This document shows, one piece after another, positions 20,271 through 31,380 of a DNA stretch of 48,880 bases (its first letter is position 1; the number at the start of each line of letters is the position of its first letter). Both the position numbers and the translations under genes were made by a program. The stretch is from IMG/VR virus record IMGVR_UViG_2877274432_000013; one strand, written 5' to 3'. Origin of the DNA: a virus. Lineage: Duplodnaviria; Heunggongvirae; Uroviricota; Caudoviricetes. Below the pieces are notes generated by a model, which was not told the origin of the DNA, did not search any database, and saw only the letters and a program-made list of their open reading frames with translations.

Positions 20271-22258
20271 TAACCCACCCTCACCTGATTACTTCGCATG
20301 ACCTGAGCATTTGCAGACTGTTGCCGACGTGCAACCTCATTACCGACAGCGTGCGGATCTCCGCCACCGTAAATGTGGTAAGTATTTTGCTGGTTAACCT
20401 CTGTCATTTTGCCACTAATTCCCGCCACGGCAGCCTTATTAATCAGCTCTCGAGAATAGATATTTCTTCCATTTTCATGCTGGATAATGCTGCTCATCAA
20501 TGCTGACATGGTTTGCGGATCGCTCATATTCAGGGCAGCCCGGGGATCCACTCCCAGTCGTTGCGATACAGCCCTGATATACGCAGTTGTGTTGTTATTA
20601 TCAGACGCAGGTGCCCAGGTAGAGATAATTTTCTCCACACTGTTTATTCCCCGTCCGGCGTACAGCATTAACTGACGAGCAAGAGCCCGTAATCCATCAA
20701 AAGCAGTTTCAAATCTGGCAAATCGCCCGCCCGGGCGTTCAAGAGAAGCCCCTGCCTGACCAGCAAAATTAAGGTTTCCCGGATTGTTATTCCGTTCTCC
20801 TCGTTTCGTAGCCTGTGCATATTGTTCCGGCTCATCGTCACCAAACCAGCCGCGTACCGTCCGGCCCACACTGCGGGGATCGAATCCCCAGTGCTCTTTA
20901 ATCCAGTCGGCAGTACTGTTAGCGCTGTCTGTAACCATCGGCATCGCTGACGGATTTTCGCTGCCCTGATTAAGTATCTGTTTGCCGATGCTGACGGCAT
21001 CAGCCCAGCGGCCATCTTTGATAGCGTTGAGCAGGTCGGCGATCATGTTCAGCATTTTGCTGAATTCGCCCATCTGGTCGATGAAGTTGCTGAAATCCCA
21101 CTTCAGGGACCATGATTTGGGGTCAATATTGAGCAGTTTCGCCAGCGCTTTCGCCAGTTCATTAACAGACCCTTTCAGGTCACGAACCATCTTCAGCGCG
21201 GCATCGACCTCCGGCTTCCACTTGCCCCAGTCAATCAGGCTGTCGCCGCCTTCCTTCCAGGTCTGATAGTCCTCCCACAGAAGGGCAATCCCCGCCGCCA
21301 GCGCGGTAATGAGGCCAATCGGCGACATCCAGAACGTACTGTTCAGAATGCGCAGCGCAATCGTCAGCGCGCCAAACAGCGAGATGAGCTCCCGCGTTTG
21401 CTTATCCAGCGATTGCCACCAGGTGATAAGGCTGGATGTTCCCTCAATTAGCCTGAAGAACAGCCGCCCGATGATGTCTCCGAGCGCCAGAATGCCTTTT
21501 ATGGCTTTCGTCAGGGTCTGCTCGATGCGCGGGAAGTTATCGAGGATGTGGCGGCGCAGTGTGTCCAGCGAACCCGCCAGACCACCAGCAAGATTAGAGC
21601 CGATTTTGTCACGGGCCATGCCTGCCATCGCGCCGAATTCGCGCAGGGAGGTCATGAATTTGTTGGAGCTTCTGGCCGCCTCGTCAGCATTGAAGCCGAT
21701 AGCTTTCGCCATTGCGCTGTACTGCCCGGAGAAATCACCCACACCCCGGCGCATCGCCATGAGGGTATTTTCGTCAATGCCCAGCATCTGCGCATACTGG
21801 TTAGCCCGGTAATACGGCATGCTGCTGAGTTTCTGTCCAACGCCCGTAAAAATAGCGGCCATGTCACGCATGTTACCGCTGGCATCACGGGTCTGTACGC
21901 CCAGGCGATTCAGAAAGCCTTCTGCACCGGGATTGTTACGAATAAACCGGGAGAGGCTTTCCAGAGAAGATCGCGCAGCGTCCACGCTGCCGCCAACCTG
22001 CGAAACCGCATAGCCAATAGACTGAATTCCCTGGACCGTCGCGCCGGTGCGCTGTGACGCCCAGTAAAGATTATCCAGGCCGGAGGCGATCTTAGCCGTG
22101 AAGGCCACCACGGACAGCGCAGCTCCTTCAACAGCCAGCCCCATTTTGATGACATTTGCAGTTGTACCGGCGAGGACAGAACCGAACTTTTTCGCTCCTG
22201 CATCATCCACACTGAAGCCAAGCGAGACGAGGAAATCTTTAATAGTTTCAGCGTTCAT
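20270..22258 (-). CDS. tail tape measure protein
   Basis: About 660 aa, Ala/Gly-rich helical protein; ATG at 22258 (MNAETIKDFL...) preceded by GGAGAGAGG. Confidence 0.75.
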   Translation of the reverse strand: MNAETIKDFLVSLGFSVDDAGAKKFGSVLAGTTANVIKMGLAVEGAALSVVAFTAKIASGLDNLYWASQRTGATVQGIQSIGYAVSQVGGSVDAARSSLESLSRFIRNNPGAEGFLNRLGVQTRDASGNMRDMAAIFTGVGQKLSSMPYYRANQYAQMLGIDENTLMAMRRGVGDFSGQYSAMAKAIGFNADEAARSSNKFMTSLREFGAMAGMARDKIGSNLAGGLAGSLDTLRRHILDNFPRIEQTLTKAIKGILALGDIIGRLFFRLIEGTSSLITWWQSLDKQTRELISLFGALTIALRILNSTFWMSPIGLITALAAGIALLWEDYQTWKEGGDSLIDWGKWKPEVDAALKMVRDLKGSVNELAKALAKLLNIDPKSWSLKWDFSNFIDQMGEFSKMLNMIADLLNAIKDGRWADAVSIGKQILNQGSENPSAMPMVTDSANSTADWIKEHWGFDPRSVGRTVRGWFGDDEPEQYAQATKRGERNNNPGNLNFAGQAGASLERPGGRFARFETAFDGLRALARQLMLYAGRGINSVEKIISTWAPASDNNNTTAYIRAVSQRLGVDPRAALNMSDPQTMSALMSSIIQHENGRNIYSRELINKAAVAGISGKMTEVNQQNTYHIYGGGDPHAVGNEVARRQQSANAQVMRSNQVRVG

Positions 22259-22435
22259 TATCCTCTCTCCATTTCTCAATGCGCCGCTGGTTATCCGCTT
22301 TTACCGCCAGATGGTCATTCAAGAGAGCAATGTCGTACAAATCGACAGAGCCATCTTTAAGTGCTGTATAAGGAATTAACCCGGCGTCAACCGGATTGAG
22401 AAGGTAGGACAGCCCGTCCGGCAGGCTGTTAAACG

Positions 22436-22888
22436 TCAGCCCTGTTGCAGGCTCTGCGTCGTGCTGGTAAGGGGTGTAGGCAAAAAATTTCCCAGCGAAT
22501 CGGCGACCACCCGCGCCACCAGATGCAGCATGACCAGCAAGTCAATATCATCAAACATCAGTTCGCCCTGGGTAAATACCGGAACCCATCCGTCCATATG
22601 ACGCCGCGATACCACCGCAAGACAGGGATGAATAATCGCACTGGTGTCATCTTCGGTCAGGGAAGACAGTTCCTCAGCGATACGCGGGAGCATGGTTTCA
22701 AACACCGGTTTTAACTGCTCGAATTTCACGGTGTCGATTTTGCCATCAGCAGGCAAACGGGAGCGAATGCTCCCGAAATCTGACATCATTCCTGCCAGCA
22801 CCGGCAGAAGTTTGCGGGTCACTTTCAGCTGATCAAAAACGCTGAGTTTTGCCGCGCGATATTTCACGCCTTTGATTTCGAATTCCAT
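22436..22888 (-). CDS. tail assembly chaperone (putative)
   Basis: 150 aa acidic protein between tube and tape measure genes. Confidence 0.45.
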   Translation of the reverse strand: MEFEIKGVKYRAAKLSVFDQLKVTRKLLPVLAGMMSDFGSIRSRLPADGKIDTVKFEQLKPVFETMLPRIAEELSSLTEDDTSAIIHPCLAVVSRRHMDGWVPVFTQGELMFDDIDLLVMLHLVARVVADSLGNFLPTPLTSTTQSLQQG

Positions 22889-22891
22889 GTA

Positions 22892-23332
22892 TTAAAACTC
22901 CCCGAGAACCTGGTCAATCTTGCCGCAGTCAAACACCCACGGCATCGTATTACCGGTTTTAGCGTTGGCATTATCCGGTTGTTTCTGGAACGCAACACTA
23001 CGTGCCGTGATGATGTCGCCGCTGACCTTGTTTCGGATCACAATAACGTTATTCCCCCATGTGGCAGAAGACTGGCTCTGTGCGTTATACGCCAGCGACA
23101 ATTTTTTATTTGTCGGTGATGTCTTCAGAAGGTTAACGGTAATCGTCCCGCTTTTATCTGCATGGAGACTGTGCATCACTTCGCCATCAGCACCGATGGT
23201 CATGGTGTTTTTAGGACCGCCCATCGCAACCACAATCCCCTCTTCAGAACTTGCAGAACCGTACCCGAGGTCAATCGAACCGGTCGGGCCGGTCAGCGTC
23301 GCAGTGACATCCATAAAAGAATAGGTAGACAT
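22892..23332 (-). CDS. tail tube protein
   Basis: 146 aa immediately downstream of the sheath gene. Confidence 0.6.
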   Translation of the reverse strand: MSTYSFMDVTATLTGPTGSIDLGYGSASSEEGIVVAMGGPKNTMTIGADGEVMHSLHADKSGTITVNLLKTSPTNKKLSLAYNAQSQSSATWGNNVIVIRNKVSGDIITARSVAFQKQPDNANAKTGNTMPWVFDCGKIDQVLGEF

Positions 23333-23342
23333 TCACTTCCCC

Positions 23343-24488
23343 TTAGCGAACAACGTTAATCTGTACGTCAGCGTAATGAACCGCGCCTGCAAGTTTTATT
23401 GCAGCCTGAATCACCGGAGCCTTACGGGCTTCACGTTCTGATTGTGCCTGTTCATCCAGCGGCTGGGCGTATACGTAATAACCTTTGGGCAGTGTGTCAC
23501 CTGATGACAACTGACCAAGGTCGCCCCCGTTCCATACGCCCGGAGCAATCAGTCCATTCTGAACGGCCTGATCCAGTGATTTTTCAACACTTGATAACAG
23601 TCGGGTAATACCGGCTTCAGTCTGGGGAACTTTCGTGGTGCTGGTATAAAGCAGGTTATAGAGGTTGGTCTGCACATAATTCTGTAACCAGTCCAGGCCG
23701 TGGCGTTCATCAAAGAAATCGCCGTTAGCCATCACTCCCTGCTGGAGGATAGCTGTATCATTCTGGTAGTACACGAACACATTGCAGTTTTTTGCATCAA
23801 GTGCCGATGCCTGGCTGACTGTCAGTGTTTCATACCCGACACCCGGCTCCTGCTTAAACTTGAGCGTAATCGCGGTATTACTGCCATTGAAATTAACCGT
23901 GAATGCCCGGCCAAATGCAGATAACGCAGCGTATTTATTACCCGATGAATATTGAATAAAACTGCGTGAATATCCGGCGGTTTTCAGTTTTGATGCCAAA
24001 TCATCGCTGGATGCAGTCTGCAGGCATTTCTCATCGCTTGTCGTAATCGCCAGAATACGGCTTACAGAAGAGGATTCGATCGCCGCAGCCACTTTCAGCC
24101 AGTCTGCATCCGGAATATCTTCATCGTCTGCAATCCCCAGCCCATACCATGAAGTATAATCGAGCATGGCATTCACAGCCTGCTCCAGCGTCTCAGGCGT
24201 GGCCTGTTCGCTGTCTCCCTTCGTTTTCACCCAACGACCAACAAAAACCTCCTGAGGTTTCGGTGATTGTGAGAAAAACACCTGCGCAGCCTTATATTCT
24301 GGTGATTCCACGCCAAAATCTTTTCCAATATCTTCCGCGGCAGAATAACGACGAATGCGCTCACTTACCGGAATGATTGTGGACGGGCCGAGAATGAGTA
24401 ATGCACCAAAATTTCGCCCTGATGCTGCACGCGGCGACATGATCACATCAACATTAACAACGTTTGATACAGGCAAACCCTGTGCCAT
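23343..24488 (-). CDS. contractile tail sheath protein
   Basis: 381 aa, size and position typical of a sheath gene before the tube gene. Confidence 0.7.
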   Translation of the reverse strand: MAQGLPVSNVVNVDVIMSPRAASGRNFGALLILGPSTIIPVSERIRRYSAAEDIGKDFGVESPEYKAAQVFFSQSPKPQEVFVGRWVKTKGDSEQATPETLEQAVNAMLDYTSWYGLGIADDEDIPDADWLKVAAAIESSSVSRILAITTSDEKCLQTASSDDLASKLKTAGYSRSFIQYSSGNKYAALSAFGRAFTVNFNGSNTAITLKFKQEPGVGYETLTVSQASALDAKNCNVFVYYQNDTAILQQGVMANGDFFDERHGLDWLQNYVQTNLYNLLYTSTTKVPQTEAGITRLLSSVEKSLDQAVQNGLIAPGVWNGGDLGQLSSGDTLPKGYYVYAQPLDEQAQSEREARKAPVIQAAIKLAGAVHYADVQINVVR

Positions 24489-24491
24489 AGC

Positions 24492-25100
24492 TTAATCTCC
24501 GAAAAAGATGACTGGTGCTTCCACCAGCGATTTAATACCGTACTCGCGCACAACCTTCCGGCGCAGACGCACCGTCATATCGTAGCGGCGGACCCATTGC
24601 TGATTAATAAGTTCAGGGAAGGGAGTCAGACCTGTGTAATCGCCAAGAGACAGCCCCAGCGCATTCAGTGCTGCGTTGTTCTGCGGTACAGATATACCGT
24701 CACGAAACCGGGACGCATACACCATCCCCGCCGGACCATAAAACGAAGCCATACACTCAATCGTTTCATGCCGCCAGAGCTGAGAGCCATCATCGGTCTG
24801 TCTGGTGAATGCCGGACTGTCATCACCTGACCATCCGATAACCCCAAACGCACACCAGTTCGTTTCAGCCGGTAGCAGTGGCGGTTGCTCTTTCTGCCAG
24901 CGCGGACGAACCATCCCGGCAGACAGACCGGAAACGTTACGCATCCACTGGCTTAACAGCCTGTCGAGCGCTTCGTCATAATCCGGATCGCCACTGGTTG
25001 GTATCAGCCATCCGCGCTCTGTGCTGGTGTTATTGCTCAACCGGAATTCCCCCATCAAACGGCAGCAACTCACAATGCGCCTGAACGAATCCGGCACCAT
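24492..25100 (-). CDS. hypothetical virion protein (neck/tail completion?)
   Basis: 202 aa ORF; start overlaps the upstream gene. Confidence 0.4.
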   Translation of the reverse strand: MVPDSFRRIVSCCRLMGEFRLSNNTSTERGWLIPTSGDPDYDEALDRLLSQWMRNVSGLSAGMVRPRWQKEQPPLLPAETNWCAFGVIGWSGDDSPAFTRQTDDGSQLWRHETIECMASFYGPAGMVYASRFRDGISVPQNNAALNALGLSLGDYTGLTPFPELINQQWVRRYDMTVRLRRKVVREYGIKSLVEAPVIFFGD

Positions 25101-25419
25101 ACGCTGTATACGGGTCGACGAAAGTCACACGATAATCACGGCCCTGATACGTCACGATATCGGCATCACGGCCAGTCTGTCCCTGCGTCAGTCGCTCAGT
25201 CGTCACAATCAGAATTGCACCGCTGATCACCTGCCCTGCCTGCATACGGCGGTTTTCCAGAGAGCGATCAACAGTTACGACTCCGGCAAACTGCTTTTTA
25301 ACTTCGCTGTCGCTGCCGATCCCGTCCTCATCCACCGTTTGCACTCGGCGTGTTACCCACAAATTGAAGTCGCAAAAATCGGGGTCAAAAAGCACATCTG
25401 TTACATCAAGAGTCGGCAT
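25030..25419 (-). CDS. hypothetical virion protein
   Basis: 129 aa ORF in head-tail joining region. Confidence 0.4.
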   Translation of the reverse strand: MPTLDVTDVLFDPDFCDFNLWVTRRVQTVDEDGIGSDSEVKKQFAGVVTVDRSLENRRMQAGQVISGAILIVTTERLTQGQTGRDADIVTYQGRDYRVTFVDPYTAYGAGFVQAHCELLPFDGGIPVEQ

Positions 25420-25960
25420 CTTTATCCCTCACAACATGGGTAATCGCTCTGCGATATTGCCCGGTGTCGATTAGCGGTTTCACCAGATCGGTTCCAGGAG
25501 ACTCACCAGCAGCGCGCCGCGCAAGTTCCGCTTTTGCCCCTTTGCGCCCTCGACGTGCGCGGGCTTCAACAGTGCTGTCAGCAAGCGGCGTAAAGCCGGT
25601 AATAGTCATGTAACGCCTGACGCCATTAGCGGCCAGCGTTCCGGCACGGTTGAGCGCTCTTTCCGCACCCGACGCATTACCATCAAGCGCAGCCTGCGCC
25701 GCTGCTTTGAGCTGCGGCACTGTCTGTCCCTCTACCGATTTAACGCCGGGGGTCAGGTGCGGGCGTGGGGGGATGTTTTGCGCTGGTGAGCCGTATTCGT
25801 TGACATAGCCGATCCCGGCATTACCAAACGGAACATCTTCACGCTCGCTGTCTTCCGAAGGGATGCCAACCAGCACATCCTTTTTGGTTAGCGACCTGAG
25901 CGCATCCAGAATGGCCTGAGCGTTATCCACCCTCGTTGTTACACCGCTTTTGAAGCTCAT
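25406..25960 (-). CDS. head-tail connector / morphogenesis protein (putative)
   Basis: 184 aa ORF, coupled to neighbours. Confidence 0.4.
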   Translation of the reverse strand: MSFKSGVTTRVDNAQAILDALRSLTKKDVLVGIPSEDSEREDVPFGNAGIGYVNEYGSPAQNIPPRPHLTPGVKSVEGQTVPQLKAAAQAALDGNASGAERALNRAGTLAANGVRRYMTITGFTPLADSTVEARARRGRKGAKAELARRAAGESPGTDLVKPLIDTGQYRRAITHVVRDKDADS

Positions 25961-26364
25961 AGCTGGCGACCGCCTGCACCAAACATCGTGATCAACTGAT
26001 AAAATTCAGCGCCATATCGGGTGTTATTCCAGAAACCTGCATCAGGATTCAGCGTCGCGCTGGTGTCATAACTGACGCTTACCTTGTCAACAGACTTTGA
26101 GGACTGAACACCATTGGTTGAACCGCCCGGCCCGCCAGCCAGCATCGCCCGGCTGTCTGCCGCCCAGAGCGTCATGTAGTGTGCAACGAACAATCCGGCA
26201 AAGTACGGAAACAACTTTTTGCCGGTGACGTTTTCGCTCAGCAGTTCATCGGCCAGATTCAGACGAAACTGGATTTGCGCTTCGGGATATTTGGCAGGGT
26301 CAGCAAACTGCGGGAAGTCGCGGCGAAAATCACTTACCGCTGGCAGACTTTGATTCTTTGGCAT
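25957..26364 (-). CDS. hypothetical head completion protein
   Basis: 135 aa ORF. Confidence 0.4.
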   Translation of the reverse strand: MPKNQSLPAVSDFRRDFPQFADPAKYPEAQIQFRLNLADELLSENVTGKKLFPYFAGLFVAHYMTLWAADSRAMLAGGPGGSTNGVQSSKSVDKVSVSYDTSATLNPDAGFWNNTRYGAEFYQLITMFGAGGRQL

Positions 26365-26551
26365 TTTTTACCTCGTTACGCGCGTCTGTGGCTTTGCCAA
26401 CGGATACTTCCGCGTGCGCACGAGTGAACCAGTGCGTGGCAACGTCTTCCTCCACTGCATGACGGCCTTTAACAAACTCGCGCCGAGAACCGTCGGGAAG
26501 CGTGAGCACAAACGGGGTATGTACGTGTATTACTGCATTATTTTTTGCCAT
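26330..26551 (-). CDS. small hypothetical phage protein
   Basis: 73 aa, ATG with AAGGA ribosome-binding site. Confidence 0.35.
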   Translation of the reverse strand: MAKNNAVIHVHTPFVLTLPDGSRREFVKGRHAVEEDVATHWFTRAHAEVSVGKATDARNEVKNAKESKSASGK

Positions 26552-26592
26552 CGGGTCATCCTTAATGGCCCCGCAAGGGGGCCATATGGCTG

Positions 26593-27534
26593 TTAAATGC
26601 CATCAACGTACGAAATGGTTTCTTTGTACACTGGCTCGACTGCACCCAGCTTGCCGTAGTAGGTCGCAATCTGATACAGACCACGATACTGGATAGGAAC
26701 GCTCTGCAACGGCACCAGCGGATAGCGCACGTATTTCTTGTCGTTGGTGTACGCAACCATGCGATCCTTATTCCCCACACCACGGCCTTTCAGCCATTTA
26801 ACCGCGCGGATATTCAGCGGAACACCGTTCTGGTGATAGCTGATGGTGTTGGTCTGAAGATACGTCAACAGGGACTGGTTACCCGCAGATGAAACGATGA
26901 TGCTGGACAACAGAGCAAACTGCTCAGGTGGGATCAGCAAATCACGCGGAACCACAGAGTAACCAGAAGCGGCCCACGCATCAGACAGCACCTGGTTAAT
27001 GCTTGCGCGGATTTCGTCCGGTGTTGAGGTTGCCCACGTTTTGGCAGCGTTGTTGACAGGAACACCGTTCAGGGTAACAAGGCCTTTCAGGTTTAATGCG
27101 GAATCGCCAACATACACCTGTTCATCGTTATCCATCTGCCATTTCAGTTGCATCCCGTCATACTTCTGCGTATCAATCGGGCGTCCGACCTGCTGAGCAG
27201 CCTGCAATTCTATGACCGTCCAGCCAAGCTCCATCCCCCACAGGTTCAGCGGGTTACCGGATTTGCCGATATCCACGTTCACGCCAGCAATAGCGGTTGA
27301 GTCTTTGCCTACCCAGTTTTTGCCATTCGGATTTGCGCCAGTACCCGCAGCGGCGAAGCTGGTATTCGTCCAGCTGGAAATGTCATCTGCGATGGAGACA
27401 TCTTCACGCAACTGAATATCGCGGGTCCAGGTGTACCCCACCAGTGGCAGGTTCAGCGTCTGGTCGAGTCGCTCCAGCTCCCCGATGAGAAAGGCACCAG
27501 AGCTGTCAACGGTTGCCTGATCAAAAGTAATCAT
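26593..27534 (-). CDS. major capsid protein (putative)
   Basis: 313 aa; position downstream of scaffold and decoration genes. Confidence 0.65.
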   Translation of the reverse strand: MITFDQATVDSSGAFLIGELERLDQTLNLPLVGYTWTRDIQLREDVSIADDISSWTNTSFAAAGTGANPNGKNWVGKDSTAIAGVNVDIGKSGNPLNLWGMELGWTVIELQAAQQVGRPIDTQKYDGMQLKWQMDNDEQVYVGDSALNLKGLVTLNGVPVNNAAKTWATSTPDEIRASINQVLSDAWAASGYSVVPRDLLIPPEQFALLSSIIVSSAGNQSLLTYLQTNTISYHQNGVPLNIRAVKWLKGRGVGNKDRMVAYTNDKKYVRYPLVPLQSVPIQYRGLYQIATYYGKLGAVEPVYKETISYVDGI

Positions 27535-27545
27535 TCGTCTGTTCC

Positions 27546-28049
27546 TTAAATCTTCCAGGAAATTTCTGCATTGCCGTTAGCATCACCGGCACCTGTGAAT
27601 TCAGCGTTGGTCAGCACCACATTTTTGCCACTGACTGACGTGGACATGAATCCACCCAGCGGCACTTTGATGGATTCATCAGTGGAGACGACAACGTATA
27701 CCGGGTCGCCTTTTTTGATGGTGCTGGCATCAAAATCAGAACCGAGATTAACGGTCACGTAGCCACGCTTCATGGCGTCGCCCGGGAAGTTCTTGCCACT
27801 CCCCACCTGGCGAACCATGTCCGGCTGCGACGTGGTCGGATAAGGGCGCACATAGATCCCCTTCACCTTGTCTGCGGTATCACCATCTGCCAGCGGTACG
27901 AAAAAACCGTCAGCATCGTATTTACCAGCCAGCCCATAGGCAGCAAAGGCGTTATCGGATTTAAGGACCACCGGTTCGACGGTTAAGTCCTGCGGGCGAG
28001 AGATAGCCCCGGCAATGCCAACAGGCATCCGGTACAGATATGCAGTCAT
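27546..28049 (-). CDS. head decoration / structural protein (putative)
   Basis: 167 aa between scaffold and capsid genes. Confidence 0.4.
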   Translation of the reverse strand: MTAYLYRMPVGIAGAISRPQDLTVEPVVLKSDNAFAAYGLAGKYDADGFFVPLADGDTADKVKGIYVRPYPTTSQPDMVRQVGSGKNFPGDAMKRGYVTVNLGSDFDASTIKKGDPVYVVVSTDESIKVPLGGFMSTSVSGKNVVLTNAEFTGAGDANGNAEISWKI

Positions 28050-28053
28050 TGGA

Positions 28054-29274
28054 TTATCCTTTGCGGTTAGACCAGAAGTCGGCGTTTTGTTTGTTCAGGG
28101 AAGCGATGCTGGTCATGCCCATATTTGGACGTTGTGCATCGCCCGTGGTGCTGCGGGTGTTTCGCCCTTTGGCAATCTCAGACACGGCATTAAACGCCAT
28201 GTTGACCGATTGTTTCGGTAATTTGCGGATATCCGCATCACCGACTATCTGGCGAACCAGCGTTTTATCTGCGGAAGCCAGAACCTCGCGTTTGAACGCG
28301 GTCGGTTTCATCTTACGGCTCAGATCGATACCCGGAACGATAACTTCGGCACGCCAGGCTGAGTCACCAGTAATCGTGGTTTCCTCTTCATCGTCCTCGC
28401 CGTCACCGGTCGGATTATCGTCAGGCTTATTGTCGTTATCGCCCGTCGCATTTCCTTCCAGCTTAGCCAGCAGGGCTTTCAGTAATGTTTTGAGGTCATC
28501 ATCACTGTCGCCGGTTGGACCTCCACCCATCTCTGGTGCTTTGTCCGGTAGTGGTTGCTGCGGGGACAGGTTGATGTTGAGATTAACGCCCTGCGGCAAA
28601 TCCCCCTCATCTCCTGTAACCGATGCGGGAGCCGACTCCACCAGTTCGTTCATGGTGTCGGCATCTCCTGTCTTGATGGCTGCACGCATGCGGTTCCACC
28701 AGTTTTTCTTTTGATTTGCCATTGTGTCTCTGTCTCCAATTGCACAACGATTTCCGGCTCTGCCTTTGGGGACAAGAGCCACATGGTTTCCGGTAATATC
28801 GACCTGCTCGGCTTTACCTGGCTCGGTCTGCTCGTACTCCGCGTCATAGCCGCACGACACTTCACGCAGGCCATCTTCGATAAGCTGAATGGCGTTTTCG
28901 TCTTTGACGATAAGGTCAGCCAGCATCAAATCAGACTGCTCACCCGTCCCGCGCCGGACATTCTGGAGGTGCCCGACAGCAAGCTCTTTCCAGTTCTCGG
29001 GATTTACCAGCCGCACATTCCCGTTTTCATCTTCAGGATGCAGAATCGTGATGCTCATCCCTTCGAATGAGGCAAGCGTGGCCGGATGGAATACCTGCTC
29101 AGGAGAACGCGTGACGACTATTTCACCGAACTTATCGGGTTTCAGTTTTGGCAGGTCATCAGCACCATAGAGCTGCTTACCTGTTCGTCCTATCGGCACG
29201 TCTCTGCACAGCAACGAGCCGTCAGCCAGCTGATAGCGGGTTTCCCCCAGCCGGGTATTGAAAAAATATTTCAT
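28054..29274 (-). CDS. scaffold / prohead core protein (putative)
   Basis: 406 aa with an acidic low-complexity linker (DDNPTGDGEDDEEE). Confidence 0.5.
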   Translation of the reverse strand: MKYFFNTRLGETRYQLADGSLLCRDVPIGRTGKQLYGADDLPKLKPDKFGEIVVTRSPEQVFHPATLASFEGMSITILHPEDENGNVRLVNPENWKELAVGHLQNVRRGTGEQSDLMLADLIVKDENAIQLIEDGLREVSCGYDAEYEQTEPGKAEQVDITGNHVALVPKGRAGNRCAIGDRDTMANQKKNWWNRMRAAIKTGDADTMNELVESAPASVTGDEGDLPQGVNLNINLSPQQPLPDKAPEMGGGPTGDSDDDLKTLLKALLAKLEGNATGDNDNKPDDNPTGDGEDDEEETTITGDSAWRAEVIVPGIDLSRKMKPTAFKREVLASADKTLVRQIVGDADIRKLPKQSVNMAFNAVSEIAKGRNTRSTTGDAQRPNMGMTSIASLNKQNADFWSNRKG

Positions 29275-29288
29275 GTGTTACCTGCGAT

Positions 29289-30062
29289 TCAGGCGGGATA
29301 AGATTGGGAGGTGGGAAAAACGATTTCTTTATAACAACGACAATTCGGGAGCTCGCCAGCGTGACCGGTCATGCCGTCAAGCGTTGGAGGTTTGCCCCAT
29401 TCGACAAATTTACCTTCCATTTCCCGATGAGAATGCCTGACGTCACCATCTTCGGCTGTACGCCAAATATAACCATTCGAACCAATTGACAGCGCACGCG
29501 CCTGATCCAGCGCGCCGGTTGCACGTCCAAGTTCAGTACGGGCAATCAGGTCAGCTCTGGACTTTGCTATATCACCCGATGCGGCTATTTCTTTAGCAAA
29601 ATGTTCTGCTCTCCCACCGGTCACAACAGCTTCTATCGCCCGATTCTGGATGTCGTACACCCTGTCAGCCGCCTCGAGGGGGAGCGATTTGATGTACTTG
29701 ACCTGTTCGGCGATGATGGATTGCATCACCTGGCCCACAGGAGCGCTTTCCACAAGATTGCGGAGCTCGCGACTGATGTTCTTGCTGTGTTGCCGCCAAA
29801 CTTTCTCGTTCTGCCGGGTTAGGTCCGCAGTAAAGTTTTCCGCGACCTTTGTCGCCCAGGGGGTGATGATTTCACTGTAGCGTTCCAGCGCCTCAATAAT
29901 TTCCGTGATACTGTCATTTGAACCATCGTAGCGACCATTTACGATGTCTCCGACCGCCCGCGCTATCCTGCGTAGGCTGGTTCGATAGCGGATTTCCGCC
30001 TGACGGTTCCTGCGGTTCGTCATCAGGTTCGCCGATGCCGGGCGGCGCTTCATCTTCGGCAT
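29289..30062 (-). CDS. head morphogenesis / minor capsid protein (Mu F-like)
   Basis: 257 aa; 5' end overlaps the portal 3' end by about 150 nt. Confidence 0.55.
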   Translation of the reverse strand: MPKMKRRPASANLMTNRRNRQAEIRYRTSLRRIARAVGDIVNGRYDGSNDSITEIIEALERYSEIITPWATKVAENFTADLTRQNEKVWRQHSKNISRELRNLVESAPVGQVMQSIIAEQVKYIKSLPLEAADRVYDIQNRAIEAVVTGGRAEHFAKEIAASGDIAKSRADLIARTELGRATGALDQARALSIGSNGYIWRTAEDGDVRHSHREMEGKFVEWGKPPTLDGMTGHAGELPNCRCYKEIVFPTSQSYPA

Positions 30063-31380
30063 TCTCGATGTCCTCGTCGGTAATGGATGCCCCGATGCCG
30101 GTTACGTCAGAATTTTCGCGCAAATCAGTCATAGCGGCTTTCAGTGTCATCAGACCATCACCCAGCGCTGTACTGATTGCGTTGGTGGTATTTAACGCCA
30201 CCGTTGAACGATCGACATCAGACATTTGCCAGAGCGGGTTAAACTCAAACGTGAAATCATCCGGGAGCGGCTTGCCAAGTTCCGAACGATGCATGATGTC
30301 CAGTATCCGCCGCACCGGAAGACGTAAACGTCTCTCCTGCAACGAACTGATGCGGTCGTAATAGTTGGCAAGGTCTGCATCACCGGTAGAAAATCCTTTC
30401 GGGGACTGTCCAAACAGCCGCACCAGTGGGATACCAACAGCGCCACTAATCTGTTCTGCAAACTGTGAAAGGATGTCATCCAGACCACTGAAGCTGTACT
30501 GATGAGTTTCAAACTTATCCCGCGAGTCCATGAGCGTCATGCCTTCATTGCTCTGGAACTGTCGAATCAGGTCAATATTCTTCAGCAACGCTTCATACGC
30601 AGGACCACCAAGTGCGATAAGCTCGCGTAGCTTCTCCACGCTGTAGGTGCGCAAATGCGCTTTGTAGACCAGCTGCGCCGCGCCGACAGTAGCGCTGTCG
30701 AACGCGGTAAGACGATCCCAGATACGCTCTACAACCGACATTCCCCATTCGTTCTCGGTCATCTTCTGCTGAAATGGCAGCGTGACGCCATCAAAGCGAA
30801 TCAGTCGACTGTGATGAATGCGCCAGGCAGGAATTCCCGTTGCTGTGGTCACCACATCGTAAAACTCAGGTTTACCCAGGTCCGGCCCCATATCTTTAAT
30901 GCGGCGGGTCAGTACCGGGTCAATCATCCAGCGGTCGAGCGGGAGAATCCCCTTAAACTTGCCCTTACCGATGGTTTCGGGTCGCAGCGGGGTCATTGGT
31001 GCCTGCCCCTCAATCATGATGAAACCCACCGCGCCGCCGTAGAGGCGCGACCATTTCAGCACGTCATTCAGCGCATCCCAGATTTGCAACTCATCCAGTT
31101 GTGATTCGAGAATGCCACGATCTTTTGCATCAATTTCCGAAGTGATGCGAATGCCTTTGCGGGTCATATCATCCGGGATAGCATCGACTGCTTCGCCGAT
31201 GATCCAGGATGAACGATAGGACCATTCCACCAGCATGCGGTTACGACTGGTGAAATTAGCCCGGTAGGTAGATGCTGAGTGCTGGTTAGGTGTCTGCATC
31301 CCTACGCGGGCAATAAAATTCTCATAACCATCAGCTGTGGCCTGCGCAGTTCGCCGCAGGGCTTGTTTGTTTCGTGCCAT
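29914..31380 (-). CDS. portal protein
   Basis: 488 aa; start overlaps the terminase large-subunit stop (ATGA). Confidence 0.7.
   Translation of the reverse strand: MARNKQALRRTAQATADGYENFIARVGMQTPNQHSASTYRANFTSRNRMLVEWSYRSSWIIGEAVDAIPDDMTRKGIRITSEIDAKDRGILESQLDELQIWDALNDVLKWSRLYGGAVGFIMIEGQAPMTPLRPETIGKGKFKGILPLDRWMIDPVLTRRIKDMGPDLGKPEFYDVVTTATGIPAWRIHHSRLIRFDGVTLPFQQKMTENEWGMSVVERIWDRLTAFDSATVGAAQLVYKAHLRTYSVEKLRELIALGGPAYEALLKNIDLIRQFQSNEGMTLMDSRDKFETHQYSFSGLDDILSQFAEQISGAVGIPLVRLFGQSPKGFSTGDADLANYYDRISSLQERRLRLPVRRILDIMHRSELGKPLPDDFTFEFNPLWQMSDVDRSTVALNTTNAISTALGDGLMTLKAAMTDLRENSDVTGIGASITDEDIENAEDEAPPGIGEPDDEPQEPSGGNPLSNQPTQDSAGGRRHRKWSLRWFK

Noticed and set aside
20321..22379. Multiple plus-strand ORFs (61-169 aa) across the tape measure gene
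   Set aside because: Antisense to a long, well-supported minus-strand gene; Arg/Ser/Pro-rich translations typical of spurious frames in GC-rich coding DNA.
28380..28460. Acidic low-complexity tract (DDNPTGDGEDDEEE) considered as a tandem DNA repeat
   Set aside because: It is a biased-composition linker within the scaffold protein, not a periodic DNA repeat.
28040..29170. Plus-strand ORFs (up to 224 aa) overlapping the scaffold gene
   Set aside because: Antisense to the structural operon, low-complexity Ser/Pro-rich translations, no ribosome-binding sites.
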